A stretch of DNA of 64,000 nucleotides from Macrostomum lignano (lineage: Eukaryota): positions 310,001 through 374,000 of the forward strand of contig NIVC01000573.1 of the NCBI GenBank assembly GCA_002269645.1, in the 5' to 3' direction. Made by a program: the position numbers and the translations under genes. This document shows, in pieces, positions 13,101 through 25,515 of this stretch. The number at the start of each line of letters is the position of its first letter. The stretch's first letter is position 1. The notes beneath the pieces were generated by a model. That model searched no databases, was not told the origin of the DNA, and saw nothing but the letters and a program-made list of their open reading frames with translations.

Positions 13101-16011
13101 TGCTGAGAAGCGGCAGCCACAGATTCAGCAGCCGCCTCAGTACCAACAGTATCAGCAGCAGCGGCAGCAGCAGCAGCCGCAGTACCAGCAGCAGCCGCAG
13201 TACCAGCAGCAACCCCTGCACAAGCAACAGCCGCAGTACCAGCAGCAGCCGCAGTACCAGCAGCAGCCACAGCACCAGCAGCAGCCCCAGTACCAGCAAC
13301 AGCCGCAGCACCAGCAGCAGCCCCAGTACCAGCAGCAGCCCCAGTACCAGCAACAGCCGCAGTATCAACAGCAGCAGCAGCCCAAAGCAGCTGCTGTTTC
13401 AGATCGGGGGGTACGTATGAGTACAAGATTTTCAGATGCAGGTTTTGGTTTCTATATGACTTAAATCTTTAAGATACTAAAGATGTCATCCATCTAAGCT
13501 GACAGAGCGTGAGATGTGAAAACTCGTTTGGATATTGAAATTAGTTAGCAGCTTCTCCGCATTGCATGGAAATTTCTTTCATATCGGCAGTACAGACTGG
13601 AATTGAATATTAAATATTCCTGGCGAGCCAAGGCCGTTTTCCTAGTCCGGTTATTCTTTTGCAAGCGAGAAAGGAGATTGTGGACTCATGTGATTAAGTG
13701 TGTGGAGTCAGGTGTAATTAGGGTGTGGAGTCAGGTGTTACTGGGGGTGTGGAGTCAGGTGTAATTGGGGTGTGGAGTCAGGTGTAACTGTGGGTGTGGA
13801 GTCAGGTGTAATTGGGGTGTGGAGCCAGGTGTAATTGGGGTGTGGAGTCAGGTGTAACTGTGGGTGTGGAGTCAGGTGTAATTGGGGTGTGGAGTCAGGT
13901 GTAATTGGGGTGTGGAGTCAGGTGTAATTGGGGTGTGGAGCCAGGTGTAACTGTGGGTGTGGAGTCAGGTGTAATTGGGGTGTGGAGTCAGGTGTAATTG
14001 TGGGTGTAGAGTCAGGTGTAATTGGGGTGTGGAGTCAGGTGTAATTGGGGTGTGGAGTCAGGTGTAAGTGGGGTGTGGAGTCAGGTGTAATTGGGGTGTG
14101 GAGTCAGGTGTTACTGGGGTGTGGAGTCAGGTGTAAGTGAGGTGTGGAGTCAGGTGTTACTGGGGGTGTGGAGTCAGGTGTAATTAGGGGTGTGGAGTCA
14201 GGTGTAATTGGGGTGTGGAGTCAGGTGTAATTGGGGTGTGGAGTCAGGTGTAATTGGGGTGTGGAGTCAGGTGTAATTGTGGGTGTAGAGTCAGGTGTAA
14301 TTGGGGTGTGGAGTCAGGTGTAATTGGGGTGTGGAGTCAGGTGTAACTGTGGGTGTGGAGTCAGGTGTAATTGGGGTGTGGAGTCAGGTGTAATTGTGGG
14401 TGTAGAGTCAGGTGTAATTGGGGTGTGGAGTCAGGTGTAATTGGGGTGTGGAGTCAGGTGTAACTGTGGGTGTGGAGTCAGGTGTAATTGGGGTGTGGAG
14501 TCAGGTGTAATTGGGGTGTGGAGTCAGGTGTAATTGGGGTGTGGAATCAGGTGTAACTGTGGGTGTGGAGTCAGGTGTAATTGGGGTGTGGAGCCAGGTG
14601 TAACTGTGGGTGTGGAGTCAGGTGTAATTGGGGTGTGGAGTCAGGTGTAATTGTGGGTGTAGAGTCAGGTGTAATTGGGGTGTGGAGTCAGGTGTAATTG
14701 GGTGTGGAGTCAGGTGTAACTGTGGGTGTGGAGTCAGGTGTGATTGGGGTGTAGAGTCAGGTGTAATTGGGGTGTGGAATCAGGTGTAACTGTGGGTGTG
14801 GAGTCAGGTGTAATTGGGGTGTGGAGTCAGGTGTAATTGTGGGTGTAGAGTCAGGTGTAATTGGGGTGTGGAGTCAGGTGTAATTGGGAGTGTGGAGTCA
14901 GGTGTAAGTGGGGTGTGGAGTCAGATGTAAGTGGGGTGTGGAATCAGGTGTAATTGGGGTGTGGAGTCAGGTGTAAGTGAGGTGTGGAGTCAGGTGTAAT
15001 TGGGGTGTGGAATCAGGTGTAATTGGGGTGTGGAGTCAGGTGTAATTAGGGGTGTGGAGTCAGGTGTAATTGGGGTGTGGAGTCAGGTGTAAGTGGGGTG
15101 TGGAGTCAGGTGTAATTGGGTGTGGAGTCAGGTGTAACTGTGGGTGTGGAGTCAGGTGTGATTGGGGTGTAGAGTCAGGTGTAATTGGGGTGTGGAATCA
15201 GGTGTAACTGTGGGTGTGGAGTCAGGTGTAATTGGGGTGTGGAGTCAGGTGTAATTGTGGGTGTAGAGTCAGGTGTAATTGGGGTGTGGAGTCAGGTGTA
15301 ATTGGGAGTGTGGAGTCAGGTGTAAGTGGGGTGTGGAGTCAGATGTAAGTGGGGTGTGGAATCAGGTGTAATTGGGGTGTGGAGTCAGGTGTAAGTGAGG
15401 TGTGGAGTCAGGTGTAATTGGGGTGTGGAATCAGGTGTAATTGGGGTGTGGAGTCAGGTGTAATTAGGGGTGTGGAGTCAGGTGTAATTGGGGTGTGGAG
15501 TCAGGTGTAAGTGGGGTGTGGAGTCAGGTGTAATTGGGGTGTGGAATCAGGTGTTACTGGGGTGTGGAGTCAGGTGTTACTGGGGGTGTGGAGTCAGGTG
15601 TAATTAGGGGTGTGGAGTCAGGTGTAATTGGGGTGTGGAGTCAGGTGTAATTGGGGGTGTGGAATCAGGTGTAATTGGGGTGTGGAGTCAGGTGTTACTG
15701 GGGGTGTGGAGTCAGGTGTAATTAGGGGTGTGGAGTCAGGTGTAATTGGGGTGTGGAGTCAGGTGTAATTGGGGTGTGGAGTCAGGTGTAATTGGGGTGT
15801 GGAGTCAGGGTAACGAGTCCCCTCCCCCGCTCCGCAGCGCTGCTACCGAGCCTTGTACGCCTACGCCGCCAGCGACACAGACGAGGTGTCCTTCAACGAA
15901 GGGGACCTGATCACCAATGGCGATCCGATTGACGAGGGCTGGATGTACGGTAGGGTGGAGCGGACTGGGGAGTTTGGCATGCTGCCAGCCAATTACGTGT
16001 CCGCCGTGTGA
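7132..16011 (+). CDS. LASP1: LIM and SH3 domain protein (LASP/Lasp), 6 coding exons, about 332 aa
   Basis: Exons 7132-7200 ([23 protein letters not shown]), 11682-11776 ([32 protein letters not shown]), 11880-11967, 12048-12152 and 12943-13410 (nebulin repeats [24 protein letters not shown], then Q-rich linker), 15838-16011 (SH3: [17 protein letters not shown]...DEGWMYG...GMLPANYV). Phases consistent, 999 nt total. Confidence 0.95.
7456..7925. mobile_element. Probable MITE with TA-flanked CACTG termini in LASP intron 1
   Basis: Left end TACACTGAAA (7456), right end TTTCCAGTGTA (7915-7925); AT-rich non-coding interior. The TIR match is short. Confidence 0.45.
8851..9475. repeat. Three diverged direct repeats of about 180-240 bp in LASP intron 1
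   Basis: The block ggcatggg..aat..gggtttyagggtrgggagaatcttcat...aggcatgg..rtctattg..gatta..tagataaattt recurs at about 8851, 9032 and 9276. Confidence 0.85.
9675..11049. mobile_element. Non-autonomous Mutator-like/foldback element, 9-bp TSD
   Basis: GGTGGCAAA at 9666-9674 and 11050-11058 flanks an element with GGG...CCC ends. Long imperfect TIRs (about 9686-9980 and 10850-11038) are built of ~15-bp subrepeats around GCTAGC; atttgctagcaggaaatctgctagccga is matched in inverted form. Confidence 0.85.
12209..12915 (+). repeat. 31-bp minisatellite in LASP intron 4 (~22 copies)
   Basis: Unit aagtgtcagtctcacccaccggatgttcctc with ggaagtc/ggatgtt variants; ends about 27 nt before the 12941-12942 AG acceptor. 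Confidence 0.95.
13699..15810 (+). repeat. 24/25-bp G-rich minisatellite in LASP intron 5 (~85-90 copies)
   Basis: Unit gtgtggagtcaggtgtaattgggg with variants (aactgtgg, aagtgggg, gtaga, ggaat). Confidence 0.97.
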
Positions 16012-16272
16012 GCTCATTCACTGAGCAGGTTTTGCTAAACTGCCAGCTCAATACGCCTGGACAAAGTAGGGGTAGTGACTTGCTAACAAATTTTTATATT
16101 CTTTAATCTTTGCGAGCAGTGTTGAAAAAATGAAAACTTCATTGTCAACTCTTCTGGTCAAATTGGCTTGTTCCAATTTTTCTTTTGCTTATTTGGAATC
16201 TGGAAATTTTCAATTTTGATTGTTACATTTATCAGTATTTGTGTCACTGTTATTTTATGGACTGCTTTTGTT

Positions 16273-17351
16273 GAGCACTGGTTTCAGATGGGTATGAGCA
16301 GATCTGAGCACTGGTTGCAGCTGGGTATGAGCAGATCTGAGCACTGGTTGCAGCTGGATATGAGCAGATCTGAGCACTGGTTGCAGCTGGGTATGAGCAG
16401 ATCTGAGCACTGGTTGCAGCTGGATATGAGCAGATCTGAGCACTGGTTGCAACAGGGTATGAGCAGATCTGAGCACTGGTTGCAACTGGGTATGAGCAGA
16501 TCTGAGCACTGGTTGCAGCTGGGTATGAGCAGATCTGAGCACTGGTTGCAACTGGGTATGAGCAGATCTGAGCACTGGTTGCTGATGGATATGAGCAGAT
16601 CTGAGCACTGGTTGCTGATGGGTACGAGCAGATCTGAGGGCTGGTTGCTGATGGGTACGAGCAGATCTGAGCACTGGTTGCAGCTGGATATGAGCAGATC
16701 TGAGCACTGGTTGCAGCTGGGTATGAGCAGATCTGAGCACTGGTTGCAGCTGGGTATGAGCAGATCTGAGCACTGGTTGCAGCTGGGTATGAGCAGATCT
16801 GAGCACTGGTTGCAGATGGGTACGAGCAGATCTGAGCACTGGTTGCTGATGGGTACGAGCAGATCTGAGCAGTGCAGATGGGTATGAGCAGATCTGAGCA
16901 CTGGTTGCAGATGGGTATGAGCAGATCTGAGCACTGGTTGCAGCTGGGTATGAGCAGATCTGAGCACTGGTTGCAGATGGGTACGAGCAGATCTGAGCAC
17001 TGGTTGCAGATGGGTACGAGCAGATCTGAGCACTGGTTGCTGATGGGTACGAGCAGATCTGAGCAGTGCAGATGGGTATGAGCAGATCTGAGCACTGGTT
17101 GCAGATGGGTACGAGCAGATCTGAGCACTGGTTGCTGATGGGTATGAGTAGATCTGAGCAGTGCAGATGAGTATGAGCAGATCTGAGCACTGGTTGCTGA
17201 TGGGTATGAGCAGATCTGAGCAGTGCAGATGGGTATGAGCAGATCTGAGCACTGGTTGCAGATGGGTATGAGCAGATCTGAGCACTGGTTGCAGATGGGT
17301 ATGAGCAGATCTGAGCACTGGTTGCAGATTGGTATGAGCAGATCTGAGCAG
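16273..17351 (+). repeat. 33-bp minisatellite (with 29-bp variants) downstream of LASP (~33 copies)
   Basis: Unit gagcactggttgcagctgggtatgagcagatct; the short variant gagcagtgcagatgggtatgagcagatct appears in the 3' half. Confidence 0.97.
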
Positions 17352-18239
17352 TTTGTTAAGCCTACAAAAGCCAGTTTTACGTTGCCTTTTTACACTGCCA
17401 CTAACTTTACCACCTTGTTTAACCTGCTTCACCTGGTGAGCCAAGCCTCTTTATTCAGCAACACTCGTGTATTCCGAAAATTCGCGCACATTTCAAGTTT
17501 TTTTTCCCATTTGGCTTTTTTTATTTTCTGCAGCAATTTTGTGAACAAGGGCGCCAGTTTATTGGCCACGCCCTCATATCCTAGCTGTACATATCTGTTT
17601 CCGCAACATAGCTGTACCATCATAATTCACTTTTTAATTCCTGCTCAGCGCACAAGCGCTGTCATTCCTACTGCGAGTAGTTCATGTAGTAGTTTTATTA
17701 TATTAAATGTCTGCGAAATTCATTAGTTTCCACTCCAGCACGCTGCAGTTTGATTTTTTGTTTTACTTTTTTTCTCTTTTTATTCAGAGGGAAATTTCCC
17801 GTTAATGCGGATCTCAAGTTTCACTCTGAGCTGTCTCCACGGAACTTTTTATCAGTTTTTATTCTGTTTTTTACAGAACAATATCGCACTAACTTCCACC
17901 CTCAACTCAAGCAGCTGGCTGTTGAAGTCAGTGCATTGCATTCACTCTCTCTTGCGGATGTTATGTCTCAATATGATTACTTGTTAATACGATATTTATA
18001 CACCTGTATTTATGCTGTAGAGTATTTATTAACTGTAAGCACCTCTTTTTCTAGCACTAGAAAGCAGCTTTAGCACCATTTTTGCTGTATTTTAGGACAA
18101 ATATAATCGGCCTAGCAGCTTTGTTGTTCCCTATGCAAGGCTTAATATTTAGCTCTAAGTAAAATGCGCGTTATACTACTGCAGATCTGTATTGTGCTGT
18201 CAAATATTTGTCAGTTAGTTTTACTAAGTTTTCTTAATT

Positions 18240-18983
18240 CCTTAATAACGCAGATAATATAATTACCCCCCCCCGAGCCGAACGCACTTGTCCATTCTGC
18301 GTCAGGCCTCCGTGCAGCCCTGGAAGGCTTCTTTGGGAATAAATTTGCAGTTTTGTCGTCGTGGCCCTTCTGATGGTATCAACATCAGGAAATTGAGTAC
18401 CTTTGAGAACCTCGTTGAGCATGGGAAATAGGAAAAGATCGCAGGGAGCTAGATTGGGCGAATATGAAGGCTGGTCTAGCACTGTGACATTCCTATTCGC
18501 CAGATACTGCCTGACACATAGTGAGCTGGCGCATTGTCCTGATGAAGGAACCACGAGTTGGCTTCCCACAAATCGCGTCTCTTGTCTCGCACTGAAGGAA
18601 GCAGTTGCTGCAGAATCCCTTTGTACTCGTACACATGCTGATTGATGGTTTGGCCTTGGCGCAGAAACTCCATGTGGACAACGCCTCTGACATCTTACGT
18701 TGAAGATCTTCCACTCCTGGTGTCGTCCTCGACCTCCTCCCGCCCCTCCTTGAATCGCTTGTGCCACTCAAAAACTCGGGAGCAAGACATAGCATTTTCT
18801 CCATACACTTTGTTGCAGCAATGCAAGTGCTTCCGAGGGCGATTTTCCGAATCGGACCAGAAACTTAGATTGGTTCGTTGCTTAACACGAAAGTTTATAT
18901 GTTGCTACAGCCTGCAACAAGCTGCAAATTGATAGTGCATCCAAAAGCTGTGCTGTGCTGTCCTGGAATTTTTCTGACACGTA
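18240..18983 (-). mobile_element. Degenerate, internally deleted mariner (Tc1/mariner) transposon
   Basis: Frameshifted minus-strand fragments: RVFEWHKRFKEGREEVEDD.RSGRSSTS, WFLHQDNAPAH, QPSYSPNLAPCDLFLFPMLNEVLKG (mariner YSPDLAP.D-type motif). TIR-like TACGTGTCAGAAAAATTCCAGGA at the 18983 end; the other TIR is not seen. Confidence 0.92.
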
Positions 18984-19327
18984 TCAAAAGATGATCATTG
19001 GGTCTGCCTCCTATCGAAAGCAATAACAATTTTTGTGCTGAAAAGTGAAAGCCTCCATTCTCCATAATTTATTTTTTCGGTAAAACCTGCCTCCTAAATT
19101 GTCCTAGAAACACAGTTTCCCGTCTCTCTACTTCAGTAGTCCTTGTTTGACACCCGTTGACGGCAGTCTTGTTACGAAATCTTGATTATATCCTTGCCCA
19201 TTTGTTTTTATAGCATTTTGATTTGTTTTAGCGAGTTTCTGTTCCTCTCTGCCTTAAGAGTTTCATGTGCCTGCCAAGGACCGCGGGGATGCTCCGACTG
19301 TGTGAGTAAAAAACGGCTACAAATTTT

Positions 19328-21063
19328 CTAGTTTTTGTCCAGTCCGAGGACCGAAGCAACGAAAGTCTTGGCTTCGTCCATTGCGGCAACGGCTGGTGCG
19401 TGACCGGCCCGCAGGAAGCCGTACATGCCGTGCACTGAGGCGTAGCGCCGGTGCCTGTGGCTTCTGGAACCGCCTGCGGCGCCGGCTCGCACCAGCCGCT
19501 CGTGGAACATGCGGCCCTCGTCGCGCAGTACATCAAACTGGCAGGTCTGCGTGAGGCTGGGTGGAAATTTCGCCAGCAACTCGTCCGGAGCGAACAGCGG
19601 AGACAGCAGCCAGTCCCTGTAGGCGAACTCGTACCGGCTGATGGCCCAGTCCAGTCCGGCTCCCCCGATGTCCTTGGGGCACTGGCTGGCCAGCTGGGGC
19701 AGGCCGAACTTCTTGGCCAACTCCGACCTGTAATGCGAGTGCAGACGGGACTGAATGCTGGGCTTCGTGGCAGAGCGGTGTCGCAGCGATGAACTACATG
19801 TAACTGCTCCAAGCATCAACAGAATGCTGCATGTCTATATTCGACTGCGTCCTCAAAGTACACTCGGGGTACAGAGCAGTCATGGTTGTCTAATGGTTGC
19901 GGGCATTGCTTAGGCTTGGATATTTGCAGCTTGCTAGTCAATTCCCAGTGCGATTAGAAATCTCTACGATGTTTAGCTTTGAGCTTCTGAAAGCTCTGCA
20001 AAACCCCCTTCTGTAGTTTAAAGAAGGGAAGCACTAAAAATGATATGTCCAGACGGCCTACCTGATGGCTGGGCTGCTGTGGTTGCTGGCCTTCCACACC
20101 GGCACGTCGGCCGTGTCGCCAACCAGGTAGGCCAGTCGAAATGCGCACGCCGTCGACTCGGACAAGAAAACGTCGAATCGATTCTCCAGGTGGCTGGGCA
20201 GGCAGAAAGTGACGAGCTGCGTGGCAGGGTAGATGAGCAGCAGGGCCGACGGCACGGCCTCGCCAGCCTGCAGGAGCCGCAGGGTGACGCCGATGCTGAG
20301 GTGGCCGCCGGCGCTGTCCCCGCCGAGCAGAAGCCGCTCGGGATCGATGCCGTAAGCCTCGGCATTCGACCGCAGGTGGCGCAGCGTCGCCAGGGCGTCC
20401 TCCAGCGCAGCTGGATGCGTCCACACCGGACTCTTGCGATAGTCGGGCGAGAAGACTGGCACGCCGAGGCTGGAGGACAGGTTCCCAGTAAGGTAGCTGT
20501 ACTCAGCCGGGCTGTTGAGCACATAGCCTCCGCCGTGCAGGAATAGGATGGCGGGCGATGGTTTCTGCGACTTCATCTGCTGCTTGTTTGGAGCATCGAT
20601 CTTCAGTGTGAGCTGCGATCCGTCAGCCTTCAGTGCGGGAGTTAACGTCACATTACGGATTAACTCTAATGGCTTCAACGGTAATACTTCTTACAAATCA
20701 AGGGACGGTCGATCTGTACAGTTAAGACACTTTAACCGCAGAGCTACCCTGCGCCCCATTGCTCACCCTTGTAATGCTCTCAATTCGAGACTCAAGCTCA
20801 GGAAAGCTGACGGCCGCATTGCTCGACCTGATGATTCGCAACAGAAACTTGGCAGGTTCGAACACTTTCCGAGTGGCGCCCAGCATCCATGAGGCAACGC
20901 CGGTGTAAAACACAAAGTTGAACGTAGGCAGAATGCGCTGCAGCGGCTCCGGGTCTTCGATTCCGCCGGGAAGCGCCGAGTGCAGCAGGCCGCTGTTGGC
21001 CAGCAGTGCGGCAGCGGCCGCCACCGCCACCGCTAGACCGAGGACGAGGTTTTTGGCTTTCAT
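19328..21063 (-). CDS. Arylacetamide deacetylase/NCEH1-like alpha/beta hydrolase (HSL family), copy A, 3 exons
   Basis: Exon 1 21063-20767 (hydrophobic N-terminal anchor LVLGLAVAVAAAAALL), exon 2 ~20672/20663-20062 (LFLHGGGY, GDSAGGHL; acceptor position uncertain), exon 3 19727-19328 (FDVLRDEG, VHGMY). Ser-Asp-His triad is complete. Confidence 0.92.
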
Positions 21064-21549
21064 TCCTCTAGCAAATGGAGTTTTGCTCGAACTTTTACGT
21101 AGCCTTCTACCATACAATTGTCGCTTTGATTAAAAGCTTGAATATAGCATTCAAAAACAGCTGACTGACTTGTTTATTACAGCGTAGCTCGTATCACAGC
21201 GCTCACAGCAATTTTACAGAGTTGCACACTATCGGAGCATGCATGTGGCCCCGCGCTTAGTTAGGATTCTATAAATGTACGCTTTTGCTCTCTCGACTCA
21301 AGTGCAGTTTTGAAGCGAAGATTATCTTAACTTTGAATTTGGCAGATCGACTGACTGCGTGTGGCCGTCTTTGCGGCCCCTCACTCTGTAATTAAACAAG
21401 GACTACTAGACTAGAACAAGTTTACCTAGTGGTCCCTGCTATTAGGTAGCACAGCTAGTTTACAAAGCCAACGCAAATTGGTGTATAAGTCCGAGCAGTA
21501 TGAACGAGCCTTACATGTTAAATTTTCAAAGCAAGGTCCCCCAGCAACA

Positions 21550-24500
21550 GAGAAATTGCAGATAACTTTCTGGCACTATGCGGATTGCCAGCACTTGAAA
21601 AGCTAACATCTCTGGTGGCCTCAAAGTAGATTGACGAATTGGAGTTTTCTGCAATCGAGGCCGCCATTCAAAGTTACCTTCAACCAAAGACGCGCATCAC
21701 CATTGCCGAGCGAACTCGCTTCTACACCATCCGGCAACAGCACGACGAGTCTCTTCCGGATTACCTCTCGCGCCTAAGAAAGGCCGCCCAACATTGCAAA
21801 TTCGATTCGCTGAAAGAGGCAGAAAGCCCAGATGAGGTCATGATTCAATTGGCGTTAGTCGCTGGCATGCACTGTCCCACAACACAGCAAAAAGTTCTAG
21901 AAGCTATGCAGATCAAGGAGCTGTCGGTCGAGGAAATCGTAGATTTCGTCGCCCAGATCAAGCAAGTGAAAGAGTTCGTGTCCAAACAAGCCTCCACGCC
22001 GTTCACGACCTCCCCACCGAAGGAAACTGTTCCGGAGATTCACCATGGCTCTTTGGCTACAAAGAACAACTTTACCACTCGCAAGATTAGACCACGCACG
22101 GGACAGTGTGGTTACTGCGGTAAAGTCCATGTTGCTGGAAAGTGCCCAGCGTTTGGAAAAACCTGCAGCAAATGCTCAAAACCAAACCACTTTGCATCGG
22201 TATGTCGATCCTCCCGACCACGCCAGCTCCACAACGTCGAGAAGCTCTCAAATGCAGACACGCCGCAACCAGATACCACGTCCCTTCTTCACCTTGGGGA
22301 CGCGGACACGATTTAAGCTATCGACTCGACACTGGAAAACATAGTCATCAATGGTGCTCAAATCCCAATGCAAGTAGACACCGGTGCTGCGGTGAGTGTC
22401 ATTTCAAGCACTCTCTGGGAGTCACTCCGCCGCCCGGCCCTCCAGAAGTGTCATCGCCGTCTTCAAGCCTACGATGGCCACACGCTTAAAGTCCTCGGCA
22501 AGTTATCAACCGCCATTGAGCTTCGCGGCAAGTTTAACCCTGCTGAACTGATCGTTGTACAGGCCTCTAAGACATTCGGTCTGTTAGGCCGTGACTTATT
22601 GGACTCAGCGCAAGTCCACAGCACATGCTCCACTAGCATCGGTAACAGCGTGGATGCCCTACCCGTGATTAAAGGCATCAAGGCCAAAATGGAGACCATC
22701 GCTGGTGCCACTCCGAGGTTTTGCCGTGCGCGTCCCGTGCCTGTCGCCCTGGAATCCTCCATCAACGCTGAATTGGACAGGCTGCAGCAGTTGGGCGTGA
22801 TAGAACCAGTTGACGGCCCGGTGAGCAATGCTTCTCCTGTCGTCTGGGTCAAAAAGAAAGATGGAACCCTAAGGATGTGCGCTGACTACAGCGTTCACGT
22901 CAACGCAAAGATCAAGTCAGAGGACTATCCCATCCCTAGCGTGAAGCACCTATTTTCCAAACTAAAAAACGCCAAGAAGTTCGCCAAAGTAGACCTGAGG
23001 TCGGCCTATTGGCAGATCGAATTGGACGAGGCTGCTCAGGATCTCTCAATAATTAACACATCCAAAGGATTATTTCGCGTGAAAAGACTTCAGATGGGGA
23101 TGAAGAATGCATCTTTTATTTTTCAGCGCGCGATGGAAAGTATTCTGTCGGACTCATCTACCAAGACGACGTATTAGTTTTCGCCGAAAACAGTGATTCA
23201 CTACAGAAAAGACTTCGTGCTGTGAAGACAAGGCTGGCAGAAAAGCATGTCACCATCAACGAAAGCAAATGCATCGAGGCGACTGATGAAATATCATTTC
23301 TGGGATTAAAATTTCTGCTGCTGGCATCCAACCCGATGATCGACTGGTTGAGAAAATCCGCAGCATCGCACAACCCAAAGACAAGAAGGAGCTGAAACGA
23401 TTCGTTGGTCTAATAAACTTCTTTGGAAGGCTAGTACCCAACTTCTCTGGAAAGATTCAGCCGCTAAATCGACTGCGCAGAGCGGACGCCAACTTTCAGT
23501 GGACAGCTGAGTGTGACCGAGCCTTCAGACAACTCAAGACGAAGATTGCCTCTCAACCCATAGTCCAGCCATACTCATTAGAAAAGGAACTCACTCTTAC
23601 CACAGATGCCTCCAAGGGAGCGCTTGCAGGAGTGGTCACGCAAGATGGCCATCCTGTGATCTATATTTCTCGGTGTCTTTCTACTTTCTACTTTCTAGAG
23701 CGAGAAGCCCTTGCCGTTTCTTGGGCAGTCAGCCGGCTGAAGCACTATTTACTGGGCCGCCACTTTACAATACAGACGGATCATAAGCCTCTCGAACAGC
23801 TCTTCGGCCAGTCTCGCGGGGTGCCGCTGAACACCTCCGCTCGCATTAGCAGATGGGCACTCACGATGATGCACCTTGACTACACCATACGCTATATACC
23901 GGGAGAGAAGATTCCACATGCCGATGCGCCTTCTCGCCTACGCTTCACTGACTCATCTAACGATTCGGCGGAAGTCTGCGAAGCTATTGATTGTGTTGCC
24001 TTCGAGCCGTCTGTCATTCCCAGGAACCGGGTTGCCGCAGAGCTAGAGTTGGATGAGCTCATAAAAAGTGATGCACCGAATTCGCTCGGGAAACTGGGCT
24101 GGCTGTTCTCAGGCTGAGAAACCATTCCAGGCCGTATCGCACTGCCTAACTATCGAGGACGGCTTACTGTTCAAGGGTCGCCAGGTCTACATTCCGCCAA
24201 GACTGCGGAAAGAAGCTTTTCGTGCAGCGCATGACACTCACTCTGGATCTCTGGCGACACTCAACTTCATGAGCTTGTCCTGCTGGTGGCCTGGAATGCG
24301 CGCTGACATCGAGCGATTAGTCAGCCAGTGTGATGTATGCAACAGGCTGCGGCCCAGATTGGGGAAGACCAGAGACACCTGGCCATCGACTGAATACCCG
24401 TTTCAAAAGTTTCACGTTGACTGGGCGTACGTAAAGAATGTTGGAAACATCCTGATAGCAGTCGACTCTCACTCTGGTTGGATCGAGGCCTTTCCATGTA

Positions 24501-25515
24501 AAGATCGATCCACAGATCAGATCATTAAATGCCTCAGAACTGTTTTCACACGCTTTGGCGTGCCTGAACTTTTAGTTTCGGACAATGCTCCGGAGTTCGT
24601 CAGCGATCCACTGAGGAGCTGGCTGCACCAAAATGGCATAAAGAAGATGGAATCCCCAACTTATTATCCCCAGGCCAATGGATCGGCTGAGCGAGCAGTC
24701 CAGACAGTCAAACGAGCTCTGCGGGCCTGAAACGAACGAACCTCCCACGCTGAATTTGTTCCCTATCTACAGCGATTGCTGTTTCATCACCGAAACTCAT
24801 CCACGAGTAGGGGCAAGACGCCAGCTGAGATTGTTTTCGGACGCCAACTACGCGCTCCTGTAGTCTCCACGTTCAACCAAGGCGAGCGCGTTCTGTATCA
24901 GCCAACTTCGGACGTTTCACCCTCCACTGTCGAATACGTGATGAACCGAGGCCGCAACACGGCCTTCGTGTTGGACGGGAGCGAACTGCGTTTGGCAAGT
25001 GACAACCAACTTGCTCCACTGCCACATGACGATGAAGAATTAACAGCAGGAGATCCCGCAGACACGGAGGCAGGGAACGCCAGCGACAATTCGACCCAAG
25101 GCGCGCAAGAACAAGAAGCAGGTGGAATTCGCCGTAGCACCCGGATGCGTCGCCAACCAGACCGCTACTCCTCATGACTGCTAAAAACCGCATTAGCTAC
25201 ACATTACGAGTAACCAAAATGAAATCTGACACGCTGAATTTGAATTAGTTATCTGTTGAGTTCCTAACATAAAGTTTACATTATTCGGAGACATAGTTCA
25301 ACTCTTTCCTTCTGGAGGGAGACATGACATACGCTCGTGCAATAGTCAATGGCCGCTGCGCCTCCCTCATCCCTTCCTAATATATGTGTCCTAGCTTCAT
25401 AATCTTGTTACAAGCCCCGCTAACATTAATGTGGTCCTAAAGCCAAATAAACAAGCAAAGCAAGATACGAGCTTCGTTATTCATCAAGCACTAGAGTTGC
25501 CATCAGGGCATCACA
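21550..25515 (+). mobile_element. Ty3/gypsy LTR retrotransposon, 5'-truncated and frameshifted, with 3' LTR
   Basis: gag with zinc knuckle CSKCSKPNHFASVC; protease VDTGA; RT (VKKKDGTLRMCADY, YQDD at ~23159); RNase H (TDAS..., EREALAV); integrase (H-H-C-C, HVDWA, SDNAPEF, GSAERAVQT). Purine run ggagggaga precedes a TG...CA segment at 25325-25515 containing AATAAA. Confidence 0.95.
25325..25515 (+). repeat. 3' LTR of gypsy element 1 (~191 bp)
   Basis: Follows a PPT-like tract; starts TG, ends ATCACA, internal AATAAA near 25446. No second copy in the window to confirm the boundaries. Confidence 0.6.

Noticed and set aside
12853-13426. Minus-strand Leu/Val-rich and Ala/Gly-rich ORFs (171 and 121 aa)
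   Set aside because: Antisense shadows of the CAG-rich LASP exon 5.
13699-17351. Regular short repeats as a possible CRISPR array
   Set aside because: Units are head-to-tail with no unique spacers, there are no cas genes, and the context is eukaryotic.
16168-17444. 239-386-aa ORFs on both strands
   Set aside because: A by-product of a stop-free 33-bp unit; 29-bp variants break frame and no domain is recognisable.
19228-20892. Many overlapping GC-rich ORFs on both strands (also 43148-44812, 25831-26983, 45955-47107, 52621-53108)
   Set aside because: Alternative-frame and antisense shadows of the esterase, transporter and GPATCH4 exons.
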